DNA of 64,000 nt from a virus. Lineage: Duplodnaviria; Caudoviricetes. Each line of letters opens with the position of its first letter. Position 1 is the stretch's first letter. The notes beneath the pieces are model-generated. The model searched no databases, was not told the DNA's origin, and saw only the letters and a list, made by a program, of their open reading frames with translations. The stretch lies in IMG/VR virus record IMGVR_UViG_2862465376_000001, positions 32,001 through 96,000 of that record, one strand, 5' to 3'. The translations under genes were made by a program, and so were the position numbers. Below, piece by piece: positions 36,611 to 46,256 of this stretch.

Positions 36611-39600
36611 ATGGCCGACCTGTATCCGGACTACGCCGCGCTGGCCGCCGCGCGGCAGATCGGCGTGGACTACCGGCTGCTGGTGCGTACTCCTCCGGGC
36701 TCCCGGCTGGCTCACATCGCAATCCACGGCGGCGGCATCGAGCCGGGCACGCTGGAGATCGCCGACTACCTGGCCGGGTCGGCCAGCCGCTTCTACGCGT
36801 TCGACGGCATGCTGACGTCGGGCAACTCCGACCTGTACATCACCTCGACCAACTACGACGAGCCGCAGGTCCTGGACCTCGTCGCGGCCAGCGACTACGT
36901 CATTTCCTGGCACGGAACGGCCGGGGACGAACAGGTGACGTACGTCGGGGGCCTGGACACCGAGATCGCGTCCCGGCTGCAGGACGAGCTGGCGCGGGCC
37001 GGGTTCGCGGTCGAGGCGGGCGACACGGAGCTGAACAGCTCGGACCCTGCGAACGTCGTGAACAAGGGCTCGCGCGCCAAGGGCGTGCAGCTGGAGCTGA
37101 CGGCCGCGCTGCGTGAGGCGTTCTTCGAGGACTTCAGCCGAGACGGCCGGGACAGCGGTCCCCGGACCGCCCTGTTCTACGCCTACGTCACGGCGGTCCA
37201 GACCGCGCTCAACGGACTGGACGTGCCGGTCAAGGCAGTGGGCACGTCGGCGCGCACCTCGGCTCGGCCGGTCAGTGCGACGGGCTCGGTCTCGGGCGAC
37301 TACGGAATCCCGGCGCTGGCGCCCTTGACCGTGGACGGCATGCCCCTTGACTCGCTCAAGGACGCGGTCAGGCTCGCCAGCAAGCGGCAGGTCAGCGCGG
37401 ACAATGAGCGGTTCTGGTCCAGCGCGCCCCGGCCCAACGGGGATCCGGTGCGGGAGGTCTTCGAGTTCGCTCTGGCCTCGGACCGGCCGGTCAACAGGGT
37501 GGCGTTCTCTCTGGCACGGTTCCCGCAGCGGGCCTGGGTGCAGTACCGGGACCGGGACGGCCTGTGGCACCCCCTGCTCCAGAAGGGCGGCGGTCCGGTC
37601 CAGATCAGCATCATGGACTCGGTCCCGGCGGTCATCCCGACCGGTGTGGCCGACGAGGTGAAGCTGCACCCGCAGCACTTCGGGGCCGGGCACTGGATGC
37701 CCCAGCTGGTCGACGTGGAGCCGGTGACCGCGAGCCGGTTCCGGATCGTCATGACCCGGCTGCCGTCGTCGTCGGCGCCGCGCGCCCTGGACGGGCAGAC
37801 GGTGCCCTACTCGCTCGGGGTCAAGGATGCTCTGGTGTCCTACCGGGCCGCGTCCCTGGCCGACCTGCCGTGGCTTCCCCAGGTCGACGCCGAGAACACG
37901 GTGCCGATCGCCGGGTCGACCGACATCCTCGGCTCGCAGGTCGACTACGTCCTGCGCCGGAACCGGGCGGCGAACCTGGTGCCGCCCGCGACCGGTATCT
38001 GGCGGTGTGCTCCGCAGCCGGTACCGAACGCCGTGGTGAGCCTGTACCTGGATCTGAGGACGTCCGAGGGCGCCGGTCAGGTCGTGGACCGGCTGTACGT
38101 TGACCCGGTCACCTCCGGGCCGTCGGTGAACCTGTACTACACGGACGAGACGGTGGTGCCGGACCGGTTCGTCCCGAGCGACACCCCGCTGACCCTGCCC
38201 CTGGTCCGGGCCGCGTCCGAGATGCCGACGGCGGACTCCGAGGGGCTGCTGTTCGAGACGTCCCGCTCGTACCTGGACATCGACAACCGGGCCTGCCAGT
38301 TCGATCCGGGTGAGCCGTTCCTGCTGGCCATGACGGTCCAGCCGCAGTTCACCTCGGACGAGACCGGTCAATGGACCATCCTGGACACGCCTGCACTCAC
38401 GGTCATGATCAGCGATGGCGTGCTGACCGTACGCCTGGGCGAGCGGACGGTGGAGCTGGACCGGGCCCTCTTCGGCTTCAATGCCCGCATCCCGCTTGCC
38501 GTCGCCTACGACGGCTCGACGCTGACCGTGCGCACCCCGTGGGACACGCGGATCCAGGAGCACACCCACGTCCAGGGCATGGCGCCGCCGAACATCATCC
38601 GCCTCGGCGGGCCGCTGCAGGGCGAAGGCGGTGCCATGCGGCTGGTCAACCTCTTCCTCGCGCGCGGCCGGGCCGCCGATGTCACCACGATCGAGGAGTA
38701 CTGGGATAGCCCGGCCGCCTACGCGCTGCCGCCGGGACACAACGTGGACCCCACCACGCACACCAGCGCCAGCGCGCTGCTGCGGATGGATCCGGTGCTC
38801 ATCACCCCGGGCGCCGACTCGGTGTGTCCGTGGGGGCTGATCGGTGGCCCTCCGGTCGCCACCGACGAGCTGGTGTGGACGCCGGTCCCGGGCGACTACA
38901 CCTTGCGCAAGGGGTTGCTGAAGTTCCGGCCGGTCAAGGCCCGGCACCTGAAGATGGAGTTCACCAACCTGCAGCCGATGGTGCTCACCCCGTCGCAGGC
39001 CTCGCCGCTGGTGGAGACGCAGCTGTTTCCTCCCGACAGCGGGCAGCCGTCCGGGGTGATGGCCACGGGCACGTCGGTGTCGGGTGCGGCCCCGGCCGGG
39101 GCGCGGGTGGCGACCGAGCAGGGGGCGGTCTACCAGTACATCGACGCGAACCGCATCGTCGGCGGCGCCGCCAGCGATGTGCCGTACAAGTCGACTGAGG
39201 CGCTGTACGCGCCGGACCCGCTCGCCGCCCAGCAGCTGCGGCGCTCGGGCCAGCGGTTCCCGTACATGCCGCTGCCGGGCACCCGCTCACCCCGGTTCAC
39301 CAGCACCGGCCGTCACCGGTACCAGACGATGCAGCTGGCCATGGATACGAAGGTCGGCTACACCGTGGCGATCAGCCAGGTGCTGGCCTACCTCGCCGAC
39401 CCGGTCGCCCAGCGGGACACCGAGCAGTACGTGGAGCTTTTCCACGACACCACGTACCTGACTGGGTACACCGACAGCGAGCAGGGCGGCTGGAAGCACA
39501 CCGGGTCCGCGATGGTCACGACTGGCCAGCCGCCGTGGACGGGCACCCGGATGACGTCGAAGGCGTTCATCTCCAAGCGCCGGGTGCTGGCGGTGCAGTT

Positions 39601-40789
39601 CGCGGCGCAGACCTCGGAGGCCCAGCAGCTGGTCGCCGACCCGGACTTCGACGACCCGAGCCTGCGGTACTGGCGGCCGGTCGGGGACGCCACCATCAAG
39701 TCCTCGGACCGGTACGCGTCCACCATCGGCCGGATGGCCGAGGTCGCGCGCGGGCACTCCGTGTCGTCCTGGGGAGCCCTGGAGTCCCGGTTCCCGACCT
39801 GGGGCGACTTCGAGGAGTCCAACCCCCTGCCCAACCGGCCTCTGTGGTGGGAGGTGGAGAACTCCACCAGCGAGGCGGACCTGGGCGGAATCGAGTCGCT
39901 GCAGCCCGTCCAGCCCGCGCCGGGCGGACGCCTGTACGGGGCAGCCCGCGTCTACACCACGGGGCCGCTGCAGCAGCCTCTCCTCCTGCAGCTGGTCAAC
40001 GGGGACGGCCGGGTCCTCGCGCAGGCATCCCAGACCATCAACGCCGCCCAGATCGCGGAGTGGTACGTCGGCGTGACCGTCCGCACCAGCGCTCCGTCCG
40101 GCTCGGTCACCTGGGACACGGTCTCCGCCAGCGGCACCCGCACCTGGGGCGGGGTGGAGGCCCTCGGCATGTGGGGCGACGTCACCCAGGACTGGGACGT
40201 CGACAACATCCATGACGTCCGGGTCCGGGTCATCCAGCAGGGAGAGGCGGGAACGGACGCCTGGCACACCGACAGCCTGGCCGTGTTCAACGACCCCATC
40301 ATCTGGGAGATCTCCCGCGACGGAGGCATCACCTGGTACGAGATGCTGAACATCCGCAACAACCCGCGCGGCGTGTTCCAGTTCCCCGAACTGCCCGCCG
40401 TCGACCGCTCCGGCGGCACCCAGCTCCGGTGGCGGGCCACCGGCTACGCCCCCGATCTGTCGGTGTCGTCGGTCGTCCTGCGCCCCTGGTACGCCACGCT
40501 GTCCGGCGCCGTCCCCTACCTCGACACGCTGCAGGCGGCGGGCTCGCCGTCGTCGCTCGCCGACTACTACCCGCCGGTGGAGGCCGACCCGCTGTTCCAG
40601 GGCTGGCAGCACCCCATCCCGCAGGACTGGTGGCTGGCCTCGCGCCAGTGGCTGCGGCAGACCGCCCCGAAGACCGACCCGCTGCCCGCAATCACCCTGC
40701 CCGAGGCCGTCGCCGAGGGAACAGACGAGGGCAACCCGCCGTCCCCGGCGAAGCGCTCCCTCACCGACGCGTTCGTCCTCAACCGCTAA
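36611..40789 (+). CDS. Large baseplate/tail protein with an N-terminal poly-gamma-glutamate hydrolase (PghP-like) domain
   Basis: IAIHGGGIEPGT, ITSTNYDEP, ISWHG and GVQLEL in the first ~205 aa; the rest is beta-rich and Trp-rich. Confidence 0.8.
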   Translation: MADLYPDYAALAAARQIGVDYRLLVRTPPGSRLAHIAIHGGGIEPGTLEIADYLAGSASRFYAFDGMLTSGNSDLYITSTNYDEPQVLDLVAASDYVISWHGTAGDEQVTYVGGLDTEIASRLQDELARAGFAVEAGDTELNSSDPANVVNKGSRAKGVQLELTAALREAFFEDFSRDGRDSGPRTALFYAYVTAVQTALNGLDVPVKAVGTSARTSARPVSATGSVSGDYGIPALAPLTVDGMPLDSLKDAVRLASKRQVSADNERFWSSAPRPNGDPVREVFEFALASDRPVNRVAFSLARFPQRAWVQYRDRDGLWHPLLQKGGGPVQISIMDSVPAVIPTGVADEVKLHPQHFGAGHWMPQLVDVEPVTASRFRIVMTRLPSSSAPRALDGQTVPYSLGVKDALVSYRAASLADLPWLPQVDAENTVPIAGSTDILGSQVDYVLRRNRAANLVPPATGIWRCAPQPVPNAVVSLYLDLRTSEGAGQVVDRLYVDPVTSGPSVNLYYTDETVVPDRFVPSDTPLTLPLVRAASEMPTADSEGLLFETSRSYLDIDNRACQFDPGEPFLLAMTVQPQFTSDETGQWTILDTPALTVMISDGVLTVRLGERTVELDRALFGFNARIPLAVAYDGSTLTVRTPWDTRIQEHTHVQGMAPPNIIRLGGPLQGEGGAMRLVNLFLARGRAADVTTIEEYWDSPAAYALPPGHNVDPTTHTSASALLRMDPVLITPGADSVCPWGLIGGPPVATDELVWTPVPGDYTLRKGLLKFRPVKARHLKMEFTNLQPMVLTPSQASPLVETQLFPPDSGQPSGVMATGTSVSGAAPAGARVATEQGAVYQYIDANRIVGGAASDVPYKSTEALYAPDPLAAQQLRRSGQRFPYMPLPGTRSPRFTSTGRHRYQTMQLAMDTKVGYTVAISQVLAYLADPVAQRDTEQYVELFHDTTYLTGYTDSEQGGWKHTGSAMVTTGQPPWTGTRMTSKAFISKRRVLAVQFAAQTSEAQQLVADPDFDDPSLRYWRPVGDATIKSSDRYASTIGRMAEVARGHSVSSWGALESRFPTWGDFEESNPLPNRPLWWEVENSTSEADLGGIESLQPVQPAPGGRLYGAARVYTTGPLQQPLLLQLVNGDGRVLAQASQTINAAQIAEWYVGVTVRTSAPSGSVTWDTVSASGTRTWGGVEALGMWGDVTQDWDVDNIHDVRVRVIQQGEAGTDAWHTDSLAVFNDPIIWEISRDGGITWYEMLNIRNNPRGVFQFPELPAVDRSGGTQLRWRATGYAPDLSVSSVVLRPWYATLSGAVPYLDTLQAAGSPSSLADYYPPVEADPLFQGWQHPIPQDWWLASRQWLRQTAPKTDPLPAITLPEAVAEGTDEGNPPSPAKRSLTDAFVLNR

Positions 40790-40798
40790 GGAGCCCCC

Positions 40799-41572
40799 GT
40801 GCGCGCCCACTTCAACCGTGCCCTCCTGGACAGGGAGGGCAACCAGGTCGACACGGCCACGATCCGGCTCCGCGTCGCCGGGAGCACCGACCTGCTCACC
40901 GACACCGTCTACACCAACGCCACCGGCGGCGCCACGTACACCAACCCGTGGGAGGCCGTCGGCGGCGAGGTCGACTTCTACCTCGACTCGCCGACCCGGC
41001 TGCAGATCGGTATCACGGTCGGCGCCGACCCCGAGCAGCTCTGGGACGACGTCGATGTCCTCGCGGTCGGCGCGGACTCCTCCCACCCGGGCACCGGAGC
41101 GGACTCCACCCAGGTCGGCGCGGACTCCCTGTCGTCCGGCCAGGGATCGACGTCCCTGGGCACCGGCGCGCAGGCCACTGCCGACCTCTCCACGGCTCTC
41201 GGATACCAGACGGCGACCAGCGAGGCCGGAAGCATCGCCGTAGGCTCCCAGGCGGCCGCCTCGCAGGCCGGGGCCATTGCGGTGGGCCAGTCGGCTCTGT
41301 CGTCCGGCGCCCAGGCCACCACGCTCGGCGATGCCGCCCAGGCCGTCTACGACCACTCCACGGCTATCGGCGCGGGCGCTGCGACCGACCGGCCCAACCA
41401 GGTCCGGCTCGGCACGGAGCAGGACCAGGTCGACATCCCCGGTACGGTCACCCTGCGCAGCCCAGGCGGAATCCCGTTCCTCCTCGGTGTCACCGACACG
41501 GGCATGCTGTTCACGCAGAAGCTGCCCCCGTACGTTCCGCCGACACCGCCCGACGAGGGCGGCGGAGAGTAG
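40799..41572 (+). CDS. Tail fibre-like protein with YadA-head-like repeats
   Basis: About 14-aa periodic STALG / SIAVG / AIAVG / STAIG repeats. Confidence 0.7.
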   Translation: MRAHFNRALLDREGNQVDTATIRLRVAGSTDLLTDTVYTNATGGATYTNPWEAVGGEVDFYLDSPTRLQIGITVGADPEQLWDDVDVLAVGADSSHPGTGADSTQVGADSLSSGQGSTSLGTGAQATADLSTALGYQTATSEAGSIAVGSQAAASQAGAIAVGQSALSSGAQATTLGDAAQAVYDHSTAIGAGAATDRPNQVRLGTEQDQVDIPGTVTLRSPGGIPFLLGVTDTGMLFTQKLPPYVPPTPPDEGGGE

Positions 41573-41580
41573 ACCGGTTG

Positions 41581-41616
41581 CTGTGTGCCTCCCCCTGTTC
41601 GCCCTCCAAGGAGTGA
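41581..41616 (+). promoter_or_regulatory. Candidate late promoter motif
   Basis: CTGTGT-N21-AAGGAGTGA. Confidence 0.5.
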
Positions 41617-41631
41617 GCAGAGGGAGGCATC

Positions 41632-43242
41632 GTGGCGCGAGCACACGTAATGCGGCCGATCATCGGCGAGAACGGAGACCTGCTGTACGGCGCGCAGATC
41701 ACGGTGCGCGAGGCGGGGCTGTCCGTGAAGCTCGCCCAGCCGATGTACAAGGGCCCCACCGGTGACGAGCGCCTGACCAATCCGTACGTCACGGCCAACG
41801 GCACGATCGACTTCTGGGTGGACACCCCTCAGCGGGTCTCCGTGCTCGTGGAGAGCGAGCAGCACTCCGACGTCCTGGTCTACCTCGACGCGGCTCCGCC
41901 GCCGGAGGAGACGACGCGCTCCGACTCTCCTCTGCTGATCACCGGCTCCCAGGTCCCAGGCAACGTGCTGCTGGCGGGCAACAGTCCAGGGGTCGCAGTC
42001 TGGGGCCCGGTGCCGTCGAACTCCGGCGTCACCCCGCAGGTCACCGTCATCGCCGAGGACTTCGCTCTGGGCCGGGACCCGGCGGGCTGGTCCTTCACCC
42101 AGGCGGCGACCAGCAAGCGGGGCTACGTCGCCGACGTACCCGCCGACCGGGGCTACACCTATGCACTGGAGGCCACACACACAGGGAATGCGGGCAGTCT
42201 TGTCCTCGTCTCCCCGGGCTTCACGTTCATCGAGCCAGGCTTCGTGTCGCTGTGGCTGCGCCCCACCCTGGCCGCTGGCGAGAGCGTCGTCGTCGCGGTC
42301 ACCAAGGACGGCACGAAGACCGTCCTGGAGACGCTGACCGCGACCCGGGGCTGGGGCTTCTACCGCTATCCGCTGGCCGCTGGCACCTACCAGTCCCTCT
42401 CGGTGGAATCCAAAGGGGCGGCCGTCTTCAGCGGCAGCACCGGCCACCAGGTCCGCATGACCGGGCTCAAGGCGATGTACGGCGGCCAGGTCCCCGCGCA
42501 CACCCACTCCGGTGCCGGAGCCCAGTCCGTCCTCCTGGGGGCCGCAGCCGACGCCTCGGGCGTTGCCTCGGTCGCCATGGGGGCCACGGCCAAGGCAACC
42601 GGTGGTGACGCAATCGCCATCGGACGCAGAGCCCAGGCCCTGGCCGACGACGCAATCGCCATCGGCGAGAACGCGAATTCGCCTTCGCAGGAGGCCATCT
42701 CCATCGGCGCCCGCTCCGGCGGTTCCCTGGCCGCAACCGGCTGGGCCGCTCTCGGGGCCGACGCCTATGTCGACTCCACCGACGGCACGGCCATCGGGCG
42801 GTCGGCCCAGGTCTACGGCGCCAACGGCACGGCCATCGGCTCCGCCGCCTACGTCGGGACCGGCGCGGCCAATGCCCTCGCGCTGGGCCGCAACGCGCAG
42901 GCCCTGGCACCGGGCGCCACGGCGCTGGGGCCGGACTCCGTGGTGGCGGCCACCCACTCCGGGTCCACGGCGGTCGGCAGCGGGACCAGGACAACCGGAG
43001 CCGAGCAGGTCATGATCGGCGACGCCGACTCTCCGATGCGTTCGGTCGTCATCGCGAACCGCCTGTACGCGCTGGCAGCCGTGAACCTGGGGACCGACGC
43101 CAGCAGCAGGCTGGGCTTCTTCGGCGCGGAAGGCACTGTGCGGCCGGTCGTCACCGGGTCGGACGGAGGCGTCCTCGCTCTGAGGAATCTGCTCGGCGCG
43201 CTGGCCGGGCTGGGTCTCATCACCAACAACACCACGAACTGA
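41632..43242 (+). CDS. Tail fibre-like protein with YadA-head-like repeats
   Basis: Repeated AIAIG / GTAIG / ALALG units; N-terminus paralogous to 40799 and 44567. Confidence 0.75.
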   Translation: MARAHVMRPIIGENGDLLYGAQITVREAGLSVKLAQPMYKGPTGDERLTNPYVTANGTIDFWVDTPQRVSVLVESEQHSDVLVYLDAAPPPEETTRSDSPLLITGSQVPGNVLLAGNSPGVAVWGPVPSNSGVTPQVTVIAEDFALGRDPAGWSFTQAATSKRGYVADVPADRGYTYALEATHTGNAGSLVLVSPGFTFIEPGFVSLWLRPTLAAGESVVVAVTKDGTKTVLETLTATRGWGFYRYPLAAGTYQSLSVESKGAAVFSGSTGHQVRMTGLKAMYGGQVPAHTHSGAGAQSVLLGAAADASGVASVAMGATAKATGGDAIAIGRRAQALADDAIAIGENANSPSQEAISIGARSGGSLAATGWAALGADAYVDSTDGTAIGRSAQVYGANGTAIGSAAYVGTGAANALALGRNAQALAPGATALGPDSVVAATHSGSTAVGSGTRTTGAEQVMIGDADSPMRSVVIANRLYALAAVNLGTDASSRLGFFGAEGTVRPVVTGSDGGVLALRNLLGALAGLGLITNNTTN

Positions 43243-43249
43243 GCAGCCC

Positions 43250-44557
43250 ATGCCTCTGACTTCTGTACCGGGCCAGGTCGCGGCAGGCCCCATCGACGGA
43301 TTCCTCCGCGACGACACCGAGGACGGCACGCTCGGCCTGCCCGACTATTCTCTCGTGCCGTACACCTATGCCCCGCTGCTGGGTGACACCGGGTCCTCGC
43401 CGCAGTGGGTCATCGACCAGTTCCGGTCCGACCAGTTTGCAGCGATCAAGGGCAGTCCTGACGGGTACGGCGTCCTGCGGTCGACCGGCGCAGACCGTGG
43501 CTCGGTCGGGCTCAGCGTCACCCTGCAGGAGTCCGGGACCCTGGCCGCGAACCCGGAGGGCGGCCGGAGCCCGGACTCCACCTGGGCGCCGCGCGACTTC
43601 GTCGTCCCGGTGCGGCATTCAGGCAGCGACGCCTGGACGGCTACCGACGTACGGTCGTACGTCGCATTCACCCAGGCGGGGAACTCCGTCGGCATGCGGC
43701 TCACGACTCCGGCCGCCGAGGGCCCGTGGGATGCCGAGCGCGCCGACTCGGCTGCCGTCCCGCTGCCTGCCGCCGTGAACCTGTGGGACGGAAACCCGCA
43801 CTCGGTCGCGGTCGCAGCCTTCGGCCAGAACGTCTTCTGCCTGGTGGACGGCACTGTCGGAATTCCGTTCCGGGCACCGCGCGCCTACCGCCGCGACCCT
43901 GCGGGCTGGATCGATACCTCGGTCTCCTCGAACCTGCCTGGCACCGGCCCATACATGGGCTACGACTGCCGGGGATCGGGGAACTGCCTCAACTCCTGGA
44001 CGGCACTGCAGCCCGCCAGCGGCGACTTCTTCTACTACGACATGGGTGCCCTGACGATCCAGACCCCACCGGCGACCACGTACACCCCGACCACCACCCC
44101 GTCAGGGGAGACGTGGGTGAAGACCGGGACGGTCACCGCCAGCAAGAACGGGCTGGCGATCACCGCCAGCGGGTCGGCAACGTTCGACGTGACCTGGCCC
44201 TACGGAGTGCTGTGCACCCGCTGGACCGGCGCCAGCGGAGCCGTGGTCTTCCGCCGCGTGGACGCCAACAACTACTACCAGCTGTCATCGGCTGGCATCT
44301 ACAAAAATGTCGCCGGGGTCCTCACCCGGTTCCATGTCTTCACCACGCCCCCTGCCGTCGGCGACCACATCGCCATACGCAACTGGGCCGACAGGATCCA
44401 GGTGTTCATCAACGGAGTGTCGGTCGCGTACTACAGCGTCGACTCGCACGCGGGCGGCAAGGGCATCGGCTTCCGCAGCTCCTCCGCCGGTTCCACGCAG
44501 TGGTCCTACATCGCCTTCCAGCCGATGGCATCCGACGCCGTCCTGCCCGCCGCCTGA
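43250..44557 (+). CDS. Putative receptor-binding / lectin-like tail protein
   Basis: Beta-rich; VVFRRVDANNYY...IQVFING..GIGF resembles a ConA-like fold; fibre cluster. Confidence 0.55.
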   Translation: MPLTSVPGQVAAGPIDGFLRDDTEDGTLGLPDYSLVPYTYAPLLGDTGSSPQWVIDQFRSDQFAAIKGSPDGYGVLRSTGADRGSVGLSVTLQESGTLAANPEGGRSPDSTWAPRDFVVPVRHSGSDAWTATDVRSYVAFTQAGNSVGMRLTTPAAEGPWDAERADSAAVPLPAAVNLWDGNPHSVAVAAFGQNVFCLVDGTVGIPFRAPRAYRRDPAGWIDTSVSSNLPGTGPYMGYDCRGSGNCLNSWTALQPASGDFFYYDMGALTIQTPPATTYTPTTTPSGETWVKTGTVTASKNGLAITASGSATFDVTWPYGVLCTRWTGASGAVVFRRVDANNYYQLSSAGIYKNVAGVLTRFHVFTTPPAVGDHIAIRNWADRIQVFINGVSVAYYSVDSHAGGKGIGFRSSSAGSTQWSYIAFQPMASDAVLPAA

Positions 44558-44566
44558 GAGGTAACC

Positions 44567-46162
44567 GTGGACCGCTGCCACCTGTACCTGCCGCTGATCG
44601 ACTCCTCCGGTGCCACCTATCCGTACGCGGAGGTGACGCTGCTGGATGCCGAGACCGGGGCTCCGGTCGACGATCCGGTGTACCTGCAGCCGACCGGTGG
44701 CGCTCCGCAGAAGTGGCCGCTCCTGATCAACCCGGCAGTCATCAACCTGTGGACCGAGACGCCCATGCGGATCACCGTGCAGGCGCTGCTGCCAGGTGGC
44801 ACCACCTTCACCCGCACCGGCGTGGACATTGCACCGGCGCCGGTGGACACGGTCCGCACGACGAGGCCCGTGCACATCAGCTCCTCCGCCGGACTCGACA
44901 GCTCGGCCATGCTCGTCGTGTCCCCTGGCGGCAAGGCGATCTGGCAGGTTCTCGACGCGCTCCGGTACCACCGGCACGAGGGCGACGCGCCGGAGTCGAC
45001 GATGCTGGGGATGACGAATCTGACCGACATCTACCCCGGCCAGACCTGGCTCGGCTCGGCCTTCGCCGGAGCCCAGGGCGAGGGCGCCACGGCGATCGCA
45101 CGGAACGCCGTACCCAACGGGCCCGGCGCAGCCGCCGTGGGCTCCGGTGCCGACGCGGCGGAGAACGGCGTCTCGGTCGGCAACTCCTCTGGCGCAGGAG
45201 GGTCCTCTGTAGCGCTTGGCGCTCGGGCCAAGGCGACTGCGACGGATCAGGTGGCCCTGGGCTCCGATGCCAGCGCCGCTGCGGCGCCCAGGGGTGCCGT
45301 CGTGATCGGTGCAGGAACCGTCGCCGCCGCCAGCGACATGGTGACCGTCGGCGGCGGCGCGCACATCACTGAGAGCGGGAACGTCGCCCTCGGCCGGGGC
45401 GCGCTGCCCGACCTGAGCTGGCTCGGCTCGGATCCGTACGTGGCCGTCCTGGGCAAGGCCGTCATCGGCCGGTTCCTCGGCGCCCGCGCCAGCGCGGTAC
45501 TCGGCGGTCCGCTCAGCACTGTCGGGGCGTTCGGCGCACCCGGGGGGCTGCAGCCCATGCTCAGTACCGCTGGAGTGTCAACCTCGACTCCGGGCCGCGC
45601 TGCGTTGCTCTCGCTGATGTCCGCCCTCGACCGGCTCGGCATGGTCTACCTGCTGGACGGGGCGGTCGACGACGAGCTGAGCGACTGGTCGAAGGCCTTC
45701 GCGCACGACGCGAACATGGGCCTGGAGACAGGCGACGACGGCTCGAAGGCAGGCGACCTGAACCGGGCCAAGCGCAACGCCATCGGCCCCGGGACCATCA
45801 CCTACCACCAGACCGAAGGGATCCGCGACTTCCGCATCAGGGCCTTCACCTGGTGGCAGGACTGGAACCCCGACAACCACGTCAACGAAATCACGGCGGC
45901 CGTCTCTCCAGACAACGCCGCCTGGACGCCCGTCCCCCTGGCATGGCAGCCGCTCAGCCCGACAGCGGACGACTGGAACCAGGCCTGGGCAGGCAACGCC
46001 CGCCCACTGCCTGCCGGAATGCAGTACCTGCGGATCACCCTCGACCTGAACAGCCAGGCGTGGACACCGCAGATCGGCCGGATCGTCGTCCGCCCGGTCG
46101 ACCCCACGTCCGTCACCGGCTTCGGACAGGGCAGCTTCGGCCAGGGCCCCTTCGGCGGTTAG
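44567..46162 (+). CDS. Tail fibre-like protein with YadA-like repeats and a distinct C-terminal domain
   Basis: Shared N-terminus; SVALG / QVALG repeats; ends GFGQGSFGQGPFGG. Confidence 0.7.
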   Translation: MDRCHLYLPLIDSSGATYPYAEVTLLDAETGAPVDDPVYLQPTGGAPQKWPLLINPAVINLWTETPMRITVQALLPGGTTFTRTGVDIAPAPVDTVRTTRPVHISSSAGLDSSAMLVVSPGGKAIWQVLDALRYHRHEGDAPESTMLGMTNLTDIYPGQTWLGSAFAGAQGEGATAIARNAVPNGPGAAAVGSGADAAENGVSVGNSSGAGGSSVALGARAKATATDQVALGSDASAAAAPRGAVVIGAGTVAAASDMVTVGGGAHITESGNVALGRGALPDLSWLGSDPYVAVLGKAVIGRFLGARASAVLGGPLSTVGAFGAPGGLQPMLSTAGVSTSTPGRAALLSLMSALDRLGMVYLLDGAVDDELSDWSKAFAHDANMGLETGDDGSKAGDLNRAKRNAIGPGTITYHQTEGIRDFRIRAFTWWQDWNPDNHVNEITAAVSPDNAAWTPVPLAWQPLSPTADDWNQAWAGNARPLPAGMQYLRITLDLNSQAWTPQIGRIVVRPVDPTSVTGFGQGSFGQGPFGG

Positions 46163-46256
46163 CACTGTCAGCATTTCGATTCTTTTCTCGACCAAGCGCG
46201 AAGTTGATAAATCTCCCAATCCACCTTTCACCCCACGAGTGGCTACGTTGACCTGC

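Noticed and set aside
20225-46162. Extracellular contractile injection system or tailocin
   Set aside because: Capsid, head maturation and DNA replication genes are contiguous with the tail genes, so this is a phage
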